Shown here: positions 31,350 to 46,800 of the stretch, piece after piece
How positions within the stretch are numbered: the first letter of the stretch is position 1
Layout: every line of letters begins with the position of its first letter
Source of the DNA: the human T2T-CHM13v2.0 reference genome, Homo sapiens
Strand: one strand, 5' to 3'
Length of the DNA: 64,000 nucleotides
Assembly (NCBI RefSeq): GCF_009914755.1
Contig: NC_060937.1
The notes under the pieces: generated by a model
What the model was told of the DNA's origin: nothing
What the model saw: the letters and a program-made list of their open reading frames with translations, nothing else
Databases searched by the model: none
Translations under genes and position numbers: made by a program

Positions 31350-34300
31350 AGTACCCAAACTATACATGATATACTGTACATAAAATATGAAATTACATCA
31401 AATATATATTATATTAGGTACATAAAATATGAAAGTACATCAAATATAGATTATATACTGTACATAAAATATCAAAGTACCCCAAATATATATTATATAC
31501 TCTACATGAAATATCAAAGTTCACAAACTATATATTATATAGTGTACATAAAATATCAAAGTACCCAAAGTATATATTCTATACTGTATAAAAAATATCA
31601 AAGTATCCAAAGCATGTATTATATACTGTATATAAAATATGAAAGTACATTAAATATATATTTTATTCTCTACATAAAATATCAAAGTACACCAGATATA
31701 TATTCTATAGTGTACATAAAATAACAAAGTACACAAACTATAAATTATATACTGTACATAAAATATGAAATTTCATCAAATATATATTAGGTACATAAAA
31801 TATGAAAGTACATCAAATATAGATTATATACTGTACATATAATATCAATGTACCCCAAATATATATTTTATACTCTACATGAAATATCAAAGTTCACAAA
31901 CCATACTTTATATACTGTACATAAAATATCAAAGTACCCAAGGTATATATTCTATACTGTACAAAAAATATCAAAGTACCCAAAGCATGTATTATATACT
32001 GTACATAAAATATGAAAGTACATCAAATATATATTTTATTCTGTACATAAAATATCAAAGTACACCAGATATATATTCTACAGTGTACATAAAATATCAA
32101 AGTACCCAAACTATGCATTATATACTGTACATAAAATATGAAATTACATCAAATATATATTAGGTACATAAAATATGAAAGTACATCAAATATAGATTAT
32201 ATACTGTACATAAAATATCAAAGTACCCCAAATATATATTATATACTCTACATGAAATATCAAAGTTCACAAACTATATATTATATACTGTACATAAAAT
32301 ATCAAAGTACCCAAGGTATATATTCTATACTATACAAAAAATATCAAAGTACCCAAAGCATGTATTATATACTGTACATAAAATATGAAAGTACATCAAA
32401 TATATATTTTATTCTGTACATAAAATATCAAAGTACACCAGATATATATTCTATAGTGTACATAAAATAACAAAGTACACAAACTATAAATTATATACTG
32501 TACATAAAATATGAAATTACATCAAATATATATTAGGTACATAAAATATGAAAGTACATCAAATAAAGATTATATACTGTACATAAAATATCAATGTACC
32601 CCTAATATATATTATATACTCTACATGAAATATCAAAGTTCACAAACCATATATTATATACTGCACATAAAATATCAAAGTACCCAAGGTATATATTCTA
32701 TACTGTACAAAAAATATCAAAGTACACAAAGGATGTATTATATACTGTACATAAAATATGAAACTACATCAAATATATATTTTATTCTGTACATAAAATA
32801 TCAAAGTACACCAGATATATATTCTATAGTGTACATAAAATATCAAAGTACCCAAACTATACATTATATACTGTACATAAAATATGAAATTACATCAAAT
32901 ATATATTATATTAGGTACATAAAATATGAAAGCACATCAAATATAGATTATATACTGTACATAAAATACCAAAGTACCCCAAACATATATTTTATACTGT
33001 ACATCAAATATCAAAGTTCACAAACTATATATTATATACTGTACATAAAATATCAAAGTACCCATGGAATATATTCTATACTGTACAAAAAATATCAAAG
33101 TACCCAAAGCATGTATTATATACTGTATATAAAATATGAAAGTACATCACATATATTTTTTATTCTGTACATAAAATATCAAAGTACACCAGATATATAT
33201 TCTATAGTGTACATAAAATAACAAAGTTCAAAAACTATAAATTATATGCTGTACATAAAATATGAAATTACATCAAATATATATTAGGTACATAAAATAT
33301 GAAAGTACATCAAATATAGATTATATACTGTACATAAAATATCAATGTACCACAAATATATATTTTATACTCTACATGAAATATGAAAGTTCACAAACCA
33401 TATATTACATACTGTAAATAAAATATCAAAGTACCCAAGGTATATATTCTATACTGTACAAAAAATATCAAAGTACCCAAAGCATGTATTATATACTGTA
33501 CATAAAATATGAAACTACATCAAATATATATTTTATTCTGTACATAAAATATCAAAGTACACCAGATATATATTCTACAGTGTACATAAAATATCAACGT
33601 ACCCAAACTCTACATTATATACTGTACATAAAATATGAAATTACATCAAATATATATTATATTAGGTACATAAAATATGAAAGCACATCAAATATAGATT
33701 ATATACTGTACTTTAAATACCAAGGTAACCCAAATATATATTTTATACTGTACATCAAATATCAAAGTTCACAAACTATATATTATATACTGTACATAAA
33801 ATATCAAAGTACCCATGGTATATATTCTATACTGTACAAAAAATATCAAAGTACCCAAAGCATGTATTATATACTGTACATAAAATATGAAAGTACATCA
33901 AATATATATTTTATTCTGTACATAAAATATCAAAGTACACCAGATATATATTCTATAGTGTACATAAAATATCAAAGTACCCAAACTATACATGATATAC
34001 TGTACATAAAATATGAAATTACATCAAATATATATTATATTAGGTACATAAAATATGAAAGTACATCAAATATAGATTATATACTGTACATAAAATATCA
34101 AAGTACCCCAAATATATATTATATACTCTACATGAAATATCAAAGTTCACAAACTATATATTATATACTGTACATAAAATATCAAAGTACCCAAAGTATA
34201 TATTCTATACTGTATAAAAAATATCAAAGTATCCAAAGCATGTATTATATACTGTATATAAAATATGAAAGTACATTAAATATATATTTTATTCTCTACA

Positions 34301-36600
34301 TAAAATATCAAAGTACACCAGATATATATTCTATAGTGTACATAAAATAACAAAGTACACAAACTATAAAATATATACTGTACATAAAATATGAAATTTC
34401 ATCAAATATATATTAGGTACATAAAATATGAAAGTACATCAAATATAGATTATATACTGTACATATAATATCAATGTACCCCAAATATATATTTTATACT
34501 CTACATGAAATATCAAAGTTCACAAACCATACTTTATATACTGTACATAAAATATCAAAGTACCCAAGGTATATATTCTATACTGTACAAAAAATATCAA
34601 AGTACCCAAAGCATGTATTATATACTATACATAAAATATGAAAGTACATCAAATATATATTTTATTCTGTACATAAAATATCAAAGTACACCAGATATAT
34701 ATTCTATAGTGTACATAAAATATCAAAGTACCCAAACTATGCATTATATACTGTACATAAAATATGAAATTACATCAAATATATATTAGGTACATAAAAT
34801 ATGAAAGTACATCAAATATAGATTATAAACTGTACATAAAATATCAAAGTACCCCAAATATATATTATATACTCTACATGAAATATCAAAGTTCACAAAC
34901 TATATATTATATACTGTACATAAAATATCAAAGTACCCAAGGTATATATTCTATACTGTACAAAAAATATCAAAGTACCCAAAGCATGTATTATATACTG
35001 TACATAAAATATGAAAGTACATCAAAAATATATTTTATTCTGTACATAAAATATCAAAGTACACCGGATATATATTCTATAGTGTACATAAAATAACAAA
35101 GTACACAAACTGTAAATTATATACTGTACATAAAATATGAAATTACATCAAATATATATTAGGTACATAAAATATGAAAGTACATCAAATATAGATTATA
35201 TACTGTACATAAAATATCAATGTACCCCAAATATATATTTTATACTCTACATGAAATATCAAAGTTCACAAACCATATATTATATACTGCACATAAAATA
35301 TCAAAGTACCCAAGGTATATATTCTATACTGTACAAAAAATATCAAAGTACCCAAAGGATGTATTATATACTGTACATAAAATATGAAACTACATCAAAT
35401 ATATATTTTATTCTGTACTTAAAATATCAAAGTACACCAGATATATATTCTATAGTGTACATAAAATATCAAAGTACCCAAACTATACATTATATACTGT
35501 ACATAAAATATGAAATTACATCAAATATATATTATATTAGGTACATAAAATATGAAAGCACTTCAAATATAGATTATATACTGTACATTAAATACCAAAG
35601 TACCCCAAACATATATTTTATACTGTACATCAAATATCAAAGTTCACAAACTATATATTATATACTGTACATAAAATATCAAAGTACCCATGGTATATAT
35701 TCTATACTGTACAAAAAATATCAAAGTACCCAAAGCATGTATTATATACTGTATATAAAATATGAAAGCACTTCACATATATTTTTTATTCTGTACATAA
35801 AATATCAAAGTACACCAGATATATATTCTATAGTGTACATAAAATAACAAAGTTCAAAAACTATAAATTATATGCTGTACATAAAATATGAAATTACATC
35901 AAATATATATTAGGTACATAAAATATGAAAGTACATCAAATATAGATTATATACTGTACATAAAATATCAATGTACCCCAAATATATATTTTATACTCTA
36001 CATGAAATATGAAAGTTCACAAACCATATATTATATACTGTAAATAAAATATCAAAGTACCCAAGGTATATATTCTATACTGTACAAAAAATATCAAAGT
36101 ACCCAAAGCATGTATTATATACTGTACATAAAATATGAAACTACATCAAATATATATTTTATTCTGTACATAAAATATCAAAGTACACCAGATATATATT
36201 CTACAGTGTACATAAAATATCAACGTACCCAAACTATACATTATATACTGTACATAAAATATGAAATTACATCAAATATATATTATATTAGGTACATAAA
36301 ATATGAAAGCACATCAAATATAGATTATATACTGTACTTTAAATACCAAAGTAACCCAAATATATATTTTATACTATACATCAAATATCAAAGTTCACAA
36401 ACTATATATTATATACTGTACATAAAATATCAAAGTACCCATGGTATATATTCTATACTGTACAAAAATTATCAAAGTACCCAAAGCATGTATTATATAC
36501 TGTACATAAAATATGAAAGTACATCAAATACATATTTTATTCTGTACATAAAATATCAAAGTACACCAGATATATATTCTATAGTGTACATAAAATATAA
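31350..36600. repeat. 2,626-bp tandem duplication (7 HOR units = 4x373 + 3x378)
   Basis: CATGAT occurs at 31365 and 33991. ORFs 31879/34505, 32138/34764, 32511/35137 and 33484/36110 are all 2626 apart. Confidence 0.9.
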
Positions 36601-39299
36601 AAGTACCCAAACTATACATTATATACTGTACATAAAATATGAAATTACATCAAATTTATATTAGGTACATAAAATATGAAAGTACATCAAATATAGATTA
36701 TATACTGTACATAAAATATCAAAGTACCCCAAATATATATTATATACTCTACATGAAATATCAAAGTTCACAAACTATATATTATATACTGTACATAAAA
36801 TATACAAGTACCCAAGGTATATATTCTATACTGTACAAAAAATATCAACGTACCCAAAGCATGTATTACATACTCTATATAAAATATGAAAGTACATCAC
36901 ATATATATTTTATATTGTACATAAAATATCAAAGTACACCAGATATATATTCTATAGTGTACATAAAATAACAAAGTACAAAAACTATAAATTATATGCT
37001 GTACATAAAATATGAAATTACATCGAATATATATTAGGTACATAAAATATGAAAGTACATTAAATATACATTATATACTGTACATAAAATATCAATGTAC
37101 CCCAAATATATATTTTATACTCTACATGAAATATCAAAGTTCACAAACCATATATTATATACTGTACATAAAATATCAAACTACCCAAGGTATATATTTT
37201 ATACTGTACAAAAAATATCAAAGTACCCAAAGCATGTATTATATACTGTACATAAAATATGAAATTACATCAAATATATATTTTATTCTGAACATAAAAT
37301 ATCAAAGTACACCAGATATATATTCTATAGTGTACATAAAATATCAAAGTACCCAAACTATACATTATATACTGTACATAAAATATGAAATTACATCAAA
37401 TATATATTATATTAGGTACATAAAATATGAAAGCACATCAAATATAGATTATATACTGTACATTAAATACCAAAGTACCCCAAATATATATTTTATACTG
37501 TACATCAAATATCAAAGTTCACAAACTATATATTATATACTGTACATAAAATATCAAAGTACACATGGCATATATTCTATACTGTACAAAAAATATCAAA
37601 GTACCCAAAGCATGTATTATATACTGTATATAAAATATGAAAGTACATCACATATATATTTTATTCTGTACATAAAATATCAAAGTACACCAGATATATA
37701 TTCTATAGTGTACATAAAATAACAAAGTTCAAAAACTATAAATTATATGCTGTACATAAAATATGAAATTACATCAAATATATATTAGGTACATAAAATA
37801 TGAATGTACATCAAATATAGATTATATACTGTACATAAAATATCAATGTACCCCAAATATATATTTTATACTCTACATGAAATATGAAAGTTCACAAACT
37901 ATATATTATATACTGTACATAAAATATCAAAGTACCCAAGGTATATATTCTATACTGTACAAAAAATATCAAAGTACCCAAAGCATGTATTATATACTGT
38001 ACATAAAATATGAAACTACATCAAATATATATTTTATTCTGTACATAAAATATCAAAGTACACCAGATATATATTCTATAGTGTACATAGAATATCAAAG
38101 TACACAAACTATACATTATATACTGTACATAAAATATGAAATTACATCAAATATATATTAGGTACATAAAATATGAAAGTACATCAAATATAGATTATAT
38201 ACTGTACATAAAATATCAGAGTACCCCAAATATATATTATATACACTACATGAAATATTAAAGTTCACAAACTGTATATTATATACTGTACATAAAATAT
38301 CAAAGTACCCAATGTATATATTCTATACTGTACAAAAAATATCAAAGTAGCCAAAGCATGTATTATATACTGTACATAAAATATGAAAGTACATCAAATA
38401 TATATTTTATTCTGTACATAAATTATGAAAGTACACCAGGTATATATTCTATAGTGTACATAAAATAACAAAGTACACAATCTATAAATTATATACTGTA
38501 CATAAAATATGAAATTACATCAAATATATATTAGGTACATAAAATATGAAAGTACATCAAATATAGATTATATACTGTACATAAAATATCAATGTACCCC
38601 AAATATATATTTTATACTCTACATGAAATATCAAAGTTCACAAACCATATATTAAATACTGTACATAAAATATCAAAGTACCCAAGGTATATATTCTGTA
38701 CTATACAAAAAATATCAAAGTACACAAAGCATTTATTATATACTGTACATAAAATATGAAAGTACATCAAATATATATTTTATTCTCTATATAAAATATC
38801 AAAGTACACCAGATATATATTCTATAGTGTACATAAAATATCAAAGTACCCAAACTATACATTATACACTGTACATAAAATATGAAATTACATCAAATAT
38901 ATATTATATTAGGTACATAAAATATGAAAGCACATCAAATATAGATTATATACTGTACATAAAATACCAAAGTACCCCAAATATATATTTTATACTGTAC
39001 ATGAAATATCAAAGTTCACAAACTATATATTATATACTGTACATAAAATATCAAAGTACCCAAGGTATATATTCTATACTGTACAAAAAATATCAAAGTA
39101 CCCAAAGCATGTATTATATACTGTACATAAAATATGAAAGTACATCAAATATATATTTAATTCTGTACATAAAATATCAAAGTACACCAGATATATATTC
39201 TATAGTGTACATAAAATATCAAAGTACCCAAACTATATATGATATACTGTACATAAAATATGAAATTACATCAAATATATATTATATTAGGTACATAAA

Positions 39300-42200
39300 A
39301 TATGAAAGTACATCAAATATATATTATATACTGTACATAAAATACCAAAGTACCCCAAATATATATTATATACTGTACATGAAATATCAAAGTTCACAAA
39401 CTATATATTATATACTGTATATAAAATATCAAAGTACCCAAGGTATATATTCTATACTGTACAAAAAATATCAAAGTACCCAAAGCATGTATTATATACT
39501 GTTTATAAAATATGAAAGTACATCAAATATATATTTTATTCTGTACATAAAATATCAAATTGCACCAAATATATATTCTATAGTGTACATTAAATATCAA
39601 ACTACCCAAACTGTACATTATATACTGTACATAAAATATGAAATTACATCAATTATATATTATATTAGGTACATAAAATATGAAAGTACATCAAATATAT
39701 ATTATATACTGTACATAAAATACCAAAGTACCCCAAATATATATTATATACTGTACATGAAATATCAAAGTTCACAAACTATATATTATATACTGTACAT
39801 AAAATATCAAAGTACCAAAGGTATATATTCTATACTGTACAAAAAATGTCAAAGTACCCAAAGCATGTATTATATACTGTACATAAAATACGAAAGTACA
39901 TCAAATATATATTTTATTCTGTACATAAAATATCAAAGTACACCAAATATATATTCTATAGTTTACATAAAATATAAAAGTACCCAAACTATACATTATA
40001 TACTGTACATAAAATATGAAATTACATCAAATATATATTATATTAGGTACATAAAATATGAAATTACATCAAATATATATTACATTAGGTACATAAAATG
40101 TGAAAGTACATCAAATATAGATTATATACTGTACATAAAATACCAAAGTACCCCAAATACATATTATATACTGTACATGAAATATCAAAGTTCACAAACT
40201 ATATATTATATACTGTACATAAAATATCAAAGTACCCAAGGTATATATTCTATACTGTACAAAAATATCAAAGTATGCAAAGCATGTATTATATACTGTA
40301 CATAAAATATGAAATTACATCAAATATATATTATATTAGGTACATAAAATATGAAAGTACATCAAATATATATTATATACTGTACATAAAATACCAAAGT
40401 ACCCCAAATACATATTATATGCTGTACATTAAATATCAAAGTTCACAAACTATATATTATATACTGTACATAAAATATCAAAGTACCGAAGGGATATATT
40501 CTATACTGTACAAAAAATATCAAAGTACCCAAAGCATGTATTATATACTGTACATAAAATATGAAAGTACATCAAATATATATTTTATTCTCTACATAAA
40601 ATATCAAAGTACACCAAATATATATTCTATAGTGTACATAAAATATCAAATTACCCAAAGTATACATTATATACTGTACATAAAATATGAAATTACATCA
40701 AATATATATTATATTAGGTACATAAAATATGAAAGTACATCAAATATTGATTATACACTGTACATAAAATACCAAAGAACCCCAAATATATATTATATAC
40801 TGTACATGAAATATCAAAGTTCACAAACTATATATTATATAATGTACATAAAATATCAAAGTACCCAAGGTATATATTCTATACTGTACAAAAAATATCA
40901 AAGTACCCAAAGCATGTATTATATAGTGTATATAAAATATGAAAGTACATCAAATATATATTTAATTCTGTACATAAAATATCAAAGTACACCAAATATA
41001 TATTCTATACTGTACATAAAATATCAAAGTACCCAAACTATACATTATATACTGTAGATAAAATATGAAATTACATCAAATATATATTATATTAGGTACA
41101 TAAAATTTGAAAGTACATCAAATATAGATTATACACTGTATATAAAATACCAAAGAACCCCAAATATATATTATATACTGTACATGAAATATCAAAGTTC
41201 ACAAACTATATATTATATACTGTACATAAAATATCAAAGTACCCAAGGTATATATTCTATACTGTACAAAAAATATCAAAGTACCCAAAGCATGTATTAT
41301 ATACTGTTCATAAAATATGAAAGTACATCAAATATATATTTTATTCTGTACATAAAATATCTAAGTACACCAAATATATATTCTATAGTGTACATAAAAT
41401 ATGAAATTACCCAAACTATACATTATATACTGTACATAAAATATGAAATTACTTCAAATATATATTATATTAGGTACATAAAATATGAAAGTACATCAAA
41501 TATATATTATATACTGTACATAAAATACCAAAGTACCCCAAATACATATTATATACTGTACATGAAATATCAAAGTTCACAAACTATATATTATATACTG
41601 TACATAAAATATCAAAGTACCGAAGGGATATATTCTATACTGTACAAAAAATATCAAAGTACCCAAAGCATGTATTATATACTGTACATAAAATATGAAA
41701 GTACATGAAATATATATTTTATTCTGTACATAAAATATCAAAGTACACCAAATATATATTCTATAGTGTACATAAAATATCAAAGTACCCAGACTATACA
41801 TTATATACTGTACATAAAACATGAAATTACATCAAATATATATTATATTAGGTACATAAAATATGAAAGTACATCAAATATAAATTATATACTGTACATA
41901 AAATACCAAAGTACCCCAAATATATATTATATACTGTACATGAAATATCAAAGTTCACAAACTATATATTATATACTGTACATAAAATATCAAACTACCC
42001 AAGGTATATATTCTATACTGTACAAAAAATATCAAAGTACCCAAAGCATGTATTATATAGTGTATATAAAATATGAAAGTACATCAAATATATATTTAAT
42101 TCTGTACATAAAATATCAAAGTACACCAAATATATATTCTATAGTGTACATTAAATATCAAACTACCCAAACTATACATTATATACTGTACATAAAATAT

Positions 42201-43100
42201 GAAATTACATCAAATATATATTATATTAGGTACATAAAATATGAAAGTACATCAAATATATATTATATACTGTACATAAAATACCAAAGTACCCCAAATA
42301 CATATTATACACTGTACATGAAATATCAAAGTTCACAAACTATATATTATATACTGTACATAAAATATCAAAGTACCGAAAGTATATATTCTATATTGTA
42401 CAAAAAATATCAAAGTACCCAAAGAATGTATTATATACTGTACATAAAATATGAAAGTACATCAAATATATATGTTATTCTGTGCATAAAATATCAAAGT
42501 ACACCAAATATATATTCTATAGTGTACATAAAATATCAAAGTACCCAAATTATACATTATATACTGTACATAAAATATGAAATTACATCAAATATATATT
42601 ATATTAGGTACATAAAATATGAAAGTACATCAAATATAAATTATATACTGTACATAAAATACGAAAGAAACCCAAATATATATTATATACTCTACATGAA
42701 ATATCAAAGTTCACAAACTATATATTATATACTGTACATAAAATATCAAAGTACCCAAGGTATATATTCTATACTGTACAAAAAATATCAAAGTACGCAA
42801 ACCATGTATTATATACTGTACATAAAATATGAAATTACATCAAATATATATTATATTAGGTACATAAAATATGAAAGTACATCAAATATAGATTATATAC
42901 TGTACATAAAATACCAAAGTACCCCAAATACATATTATATACTGTACATGAAATATCAAAGTTCACAAACTATATATTATATACTGTACATAAAATATCA
43001 AAGTACCCAAGGTTTATATTCTATACTGTACAAAAAATATCAAAGTAGCCAAAGCATGTATTATATACTGTACATAAAATATGAAAGTACATCAAATATA
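39300..43100. repeat. Sub-array of full-length-monomer-7 (378-type) 9-mers with a distinct variant set
   Basis: No 5-bp deletion is present, which explains the 492-aa and 466-aa pseudo-ORFs. CACCAAAT replaces CACCAGAT from ~39563 to ~42502. ACCGAA(G/A) occurs at ~40487, 41621 and 42377. Confidence 0.85.
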
Positions 43101-43899
43101 TATTTTATTCTGTACATAAAATATCAAAGTACACCAGATATATATTCTATAGTGTACATAAAATAACAAAGTACACAATCTATAAATTATATACTGTACA
43201 TAAAATATGAAATTACATCAAATATATATTAGGTACATAAAATATGAAAGTACATCAAATATAGATTATATACTGTACATGAAATATCAAAGTACCCCAA
43301 ATATATATTATATACTGTACATGAAATATCAAAGTTCACAAACAATATATTATATACTGTACATAAAATATCAAACTACCCAAGTTATATATTCTATACT
43401 GTACAAAAAATATCAAAGTACCCAAAGCATGTATTATATACTGTACCTAAAATATGAAAGTACATCAAATATATATTTTATTCTGTACATAAAATATCAA
43501 AGTACACCAGATATATATTCTATAGTGTACATAAAATATCAAAGTACCCAAACTATACATTATATACTGTACATAAAATATGAAATTACATCAAATATAT
43601 ATTAGGTACATAAAATATGAAAGTACATCAAATATAGATTATATACTGTACATAAAATATCAAAGTAGCCCAAATATATACTATATACTCTACATGAAAT
43701 ATCAAAGTTCACAAACTATATATTATATACTGTACATAAAATATCAAAGTACCCAAGGTATATATTCTATACTGTACAAAAAATATCAAAGTACCCAAAG
43801 CATGTATTATATACTGTACATAAAATATGAAAGTACATCAAATATATATTTTATTCCGTAGATAAAATATCAAAGTACACCAGATATATATTCTATAGT

Positions 43900-46800
43900 G
43901 TACATAAAATAACAAATTACAAAAACTATAAATTATATACTGTACATAAAATATGAAATTACATCAAATATATATTAGGTACATAAAATATGAAACTACA
44001 TCAAATATAGATTATATACTGTACATAAAATATCAATGTACCCCAAATATATATTTTATACTCTACATGAAATATCAAAGTTCACAAACCATATATTATA
44101 TACTGTACATAAAATATCAAAGTACCCAAGGTATATATTCTATACTATACAAAAAATATCAAAGTACCCAAAGCATGTATTATATACTGTACATAAAATA
44201 TGAAAGTACATCAAATATATATTTTATTCTGTACATAAAATATCAAAGTACACCAGATATATATTCTATAGTGTACATAAAATATCAAAGTACCCAAACT
44301 ATACATTATATACTGTACATAAATATGATATTACATCAAATATATATTATGTTAGGTACATAAAATATGAAAGTACATCAGATATAGATTATATACTGTA
44401 CATAAAATATCAATGTACCCCAAATATATATTTTATACTCTACATGAAATATCAAAGTTCACAAACTCTATATTATATACTGTACATAAAATATCAAAAT
44501 ACCCAAGGTATATATTCTATGTTGTACAAAAAATATCAAAGTACCCAAAGCATGTATTATATACTGTATATAAAATATGAAAATACATTAAATATATATT
44601 TTATTCTGTACATAAAATATCAAAGTACACCAGATATATATTCTATAGTGTACATAAAATAACAAAGTACACAAACTATAAATTATATACTGTACGTAAA
44701 ATATGAAATTACATCAAATATATATTAGGTACATAAAATATGAAAGTACATCAAATATAGATTATATACTGTACATATAATATCAATGTACCCCAAATAT
44801 ATATTTTATACTCTACATGAAATATCAAAGTTCACAAACCATACATTATATACTGTACATAAAATATCAAAGTACCCAAGGTATATATTCTATACTGTAC
44901 AAGAAATATCAAAGTACCCAAAGCATGTATTATATACTGTACATAAAATATGAAAGTACATCAAATATATATTTTATTCTGTACATAAAATATCAAAGTA
45001 CACCAGATATATATTCTATAGTGTACATAAAATAACAAAGTACCCAAACTATAAATTATATACTGTACATAAAATATGAAATTACATCAAATATATATTA
45101 GGTACATAAAATATGAAAGGACATCAAATATAGATTATATAGTGTACATAAAATATCAATGTACCCCAAATATATATTTTATACTCTACATGAAATATCA
45201 AAGTTCACAAACCATATATTATATACTCTACATAAAATGTCAAAGTACCCAAGGTATATATTCTATACTGTACAAAAAATATCAAAGTACCCAAAGCATG
45301 TATTATATACTGTACATAAAATATGAAACTACATCAAATATATATTTTATTCTGTACATAAAATATCAAAGTACACCAGATATATATTCTATAGTGTATA
45401 TAAAATATCAACGTACCCAAACTATACATTATATACTGTACATAAAATATGAAATTACATCAAATATATATTATATTAGGTACATAAAATATGAAAGCAC
45501 ATCAAATATAGATTATATACTGTACTTTAAATACCAAAGTACCCCAAATATATATTTTATACTGTGCATCAAATATCAAAGTTCACAAACTATATATTAT
45601 ATACTGTACATAAAATATCAAAGTACCTATGGTATATATTCTATACTGTACAAAAAATATCAAAGTACCCAAAGCATGTATTTTATACTGTACATAAAAT
45701 ATGAAAGTACATCAAATATATATTAGGTACATAAAATATGAAAGTACATCAAATATAGATTATATACTGTACATAAAATATCAAAGTACCCCAAATATAT
45801 ATTATATGCTCTACATGAAATATCAAAGTTCACAAACTATATATTATATACTGTACATAAAATATCAAAGTACCCAAGGTATATATTCTATACTGTATAA
45901 AAAATATCAAAGTATCCAAAGCATGTATTATATACTCTATATAAAATATGAAAGTACATTAAATATATATTTTATTCTCTACATAAAATATCAAAGTACA
46001 CCAGATATATATTCTATAGTGTACATAAAATAACAAAGTACACAAACTATAAATTATATACTGTACATAAAATATGAAATTACATGAAATATATATTAGG
46101 TACATAAAATATGAAAGTACATCAAATATAGATTATATACTGGACATATAATATCAATGTACCCCAAATATATATTTTATACTCTACATGAAATATCAAA
46201 GTTCACAAACCATACTTTATATACTGTACATAAAATATCAAAGTACCCAAGGTATATATTCTATACTGTACAAAAAATATCAAAGTACCAAAAGCATGTA
46301 TTATATACTGTACATAAAATATGAAAGTACATCAAATATATATTTTATTCTGCACATAAAATATCAAAGTACACCAGATATATATTCTATAGTGTACATA
46401 AAATATCAAAGTACCCAAACTATACATTATACACTGTACATAAAATATGAAATTACATCAAATATATATTAGGTACATAAAATATGAAAGTACATCAAAT
46501 ATAGATTATATACTGTACATAAAATATCAAAGTACCCCAAATATATATTATATACTCTACATGAAATATCAAAGTTCACAAACTATATATTATATACTGT
46601 ACATAAAATATCAAAGTACCCAAGGTATATATTCTATACTGTACAAAAAATATCAAAGTACCCAAAGCATGTATTATATACTGTACATAAAATATGAAAG
46701 TACATTAAATATATATTTTATTCCGTACATAAAATATCAAAGTACACCAGATATATATTCTATAGTGTACATAAAATAACAAAGTACAGAAACTATAAAT

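Noticed and set aside
1588-41822. Short minus-strand hydrophobic ORFs (MYSLGTLIFYVQY...)
   Set aside because: They open only where a TCA-to-TGA substitution on the + strand removes a minus-strand stop, and are simply antisense satellite.
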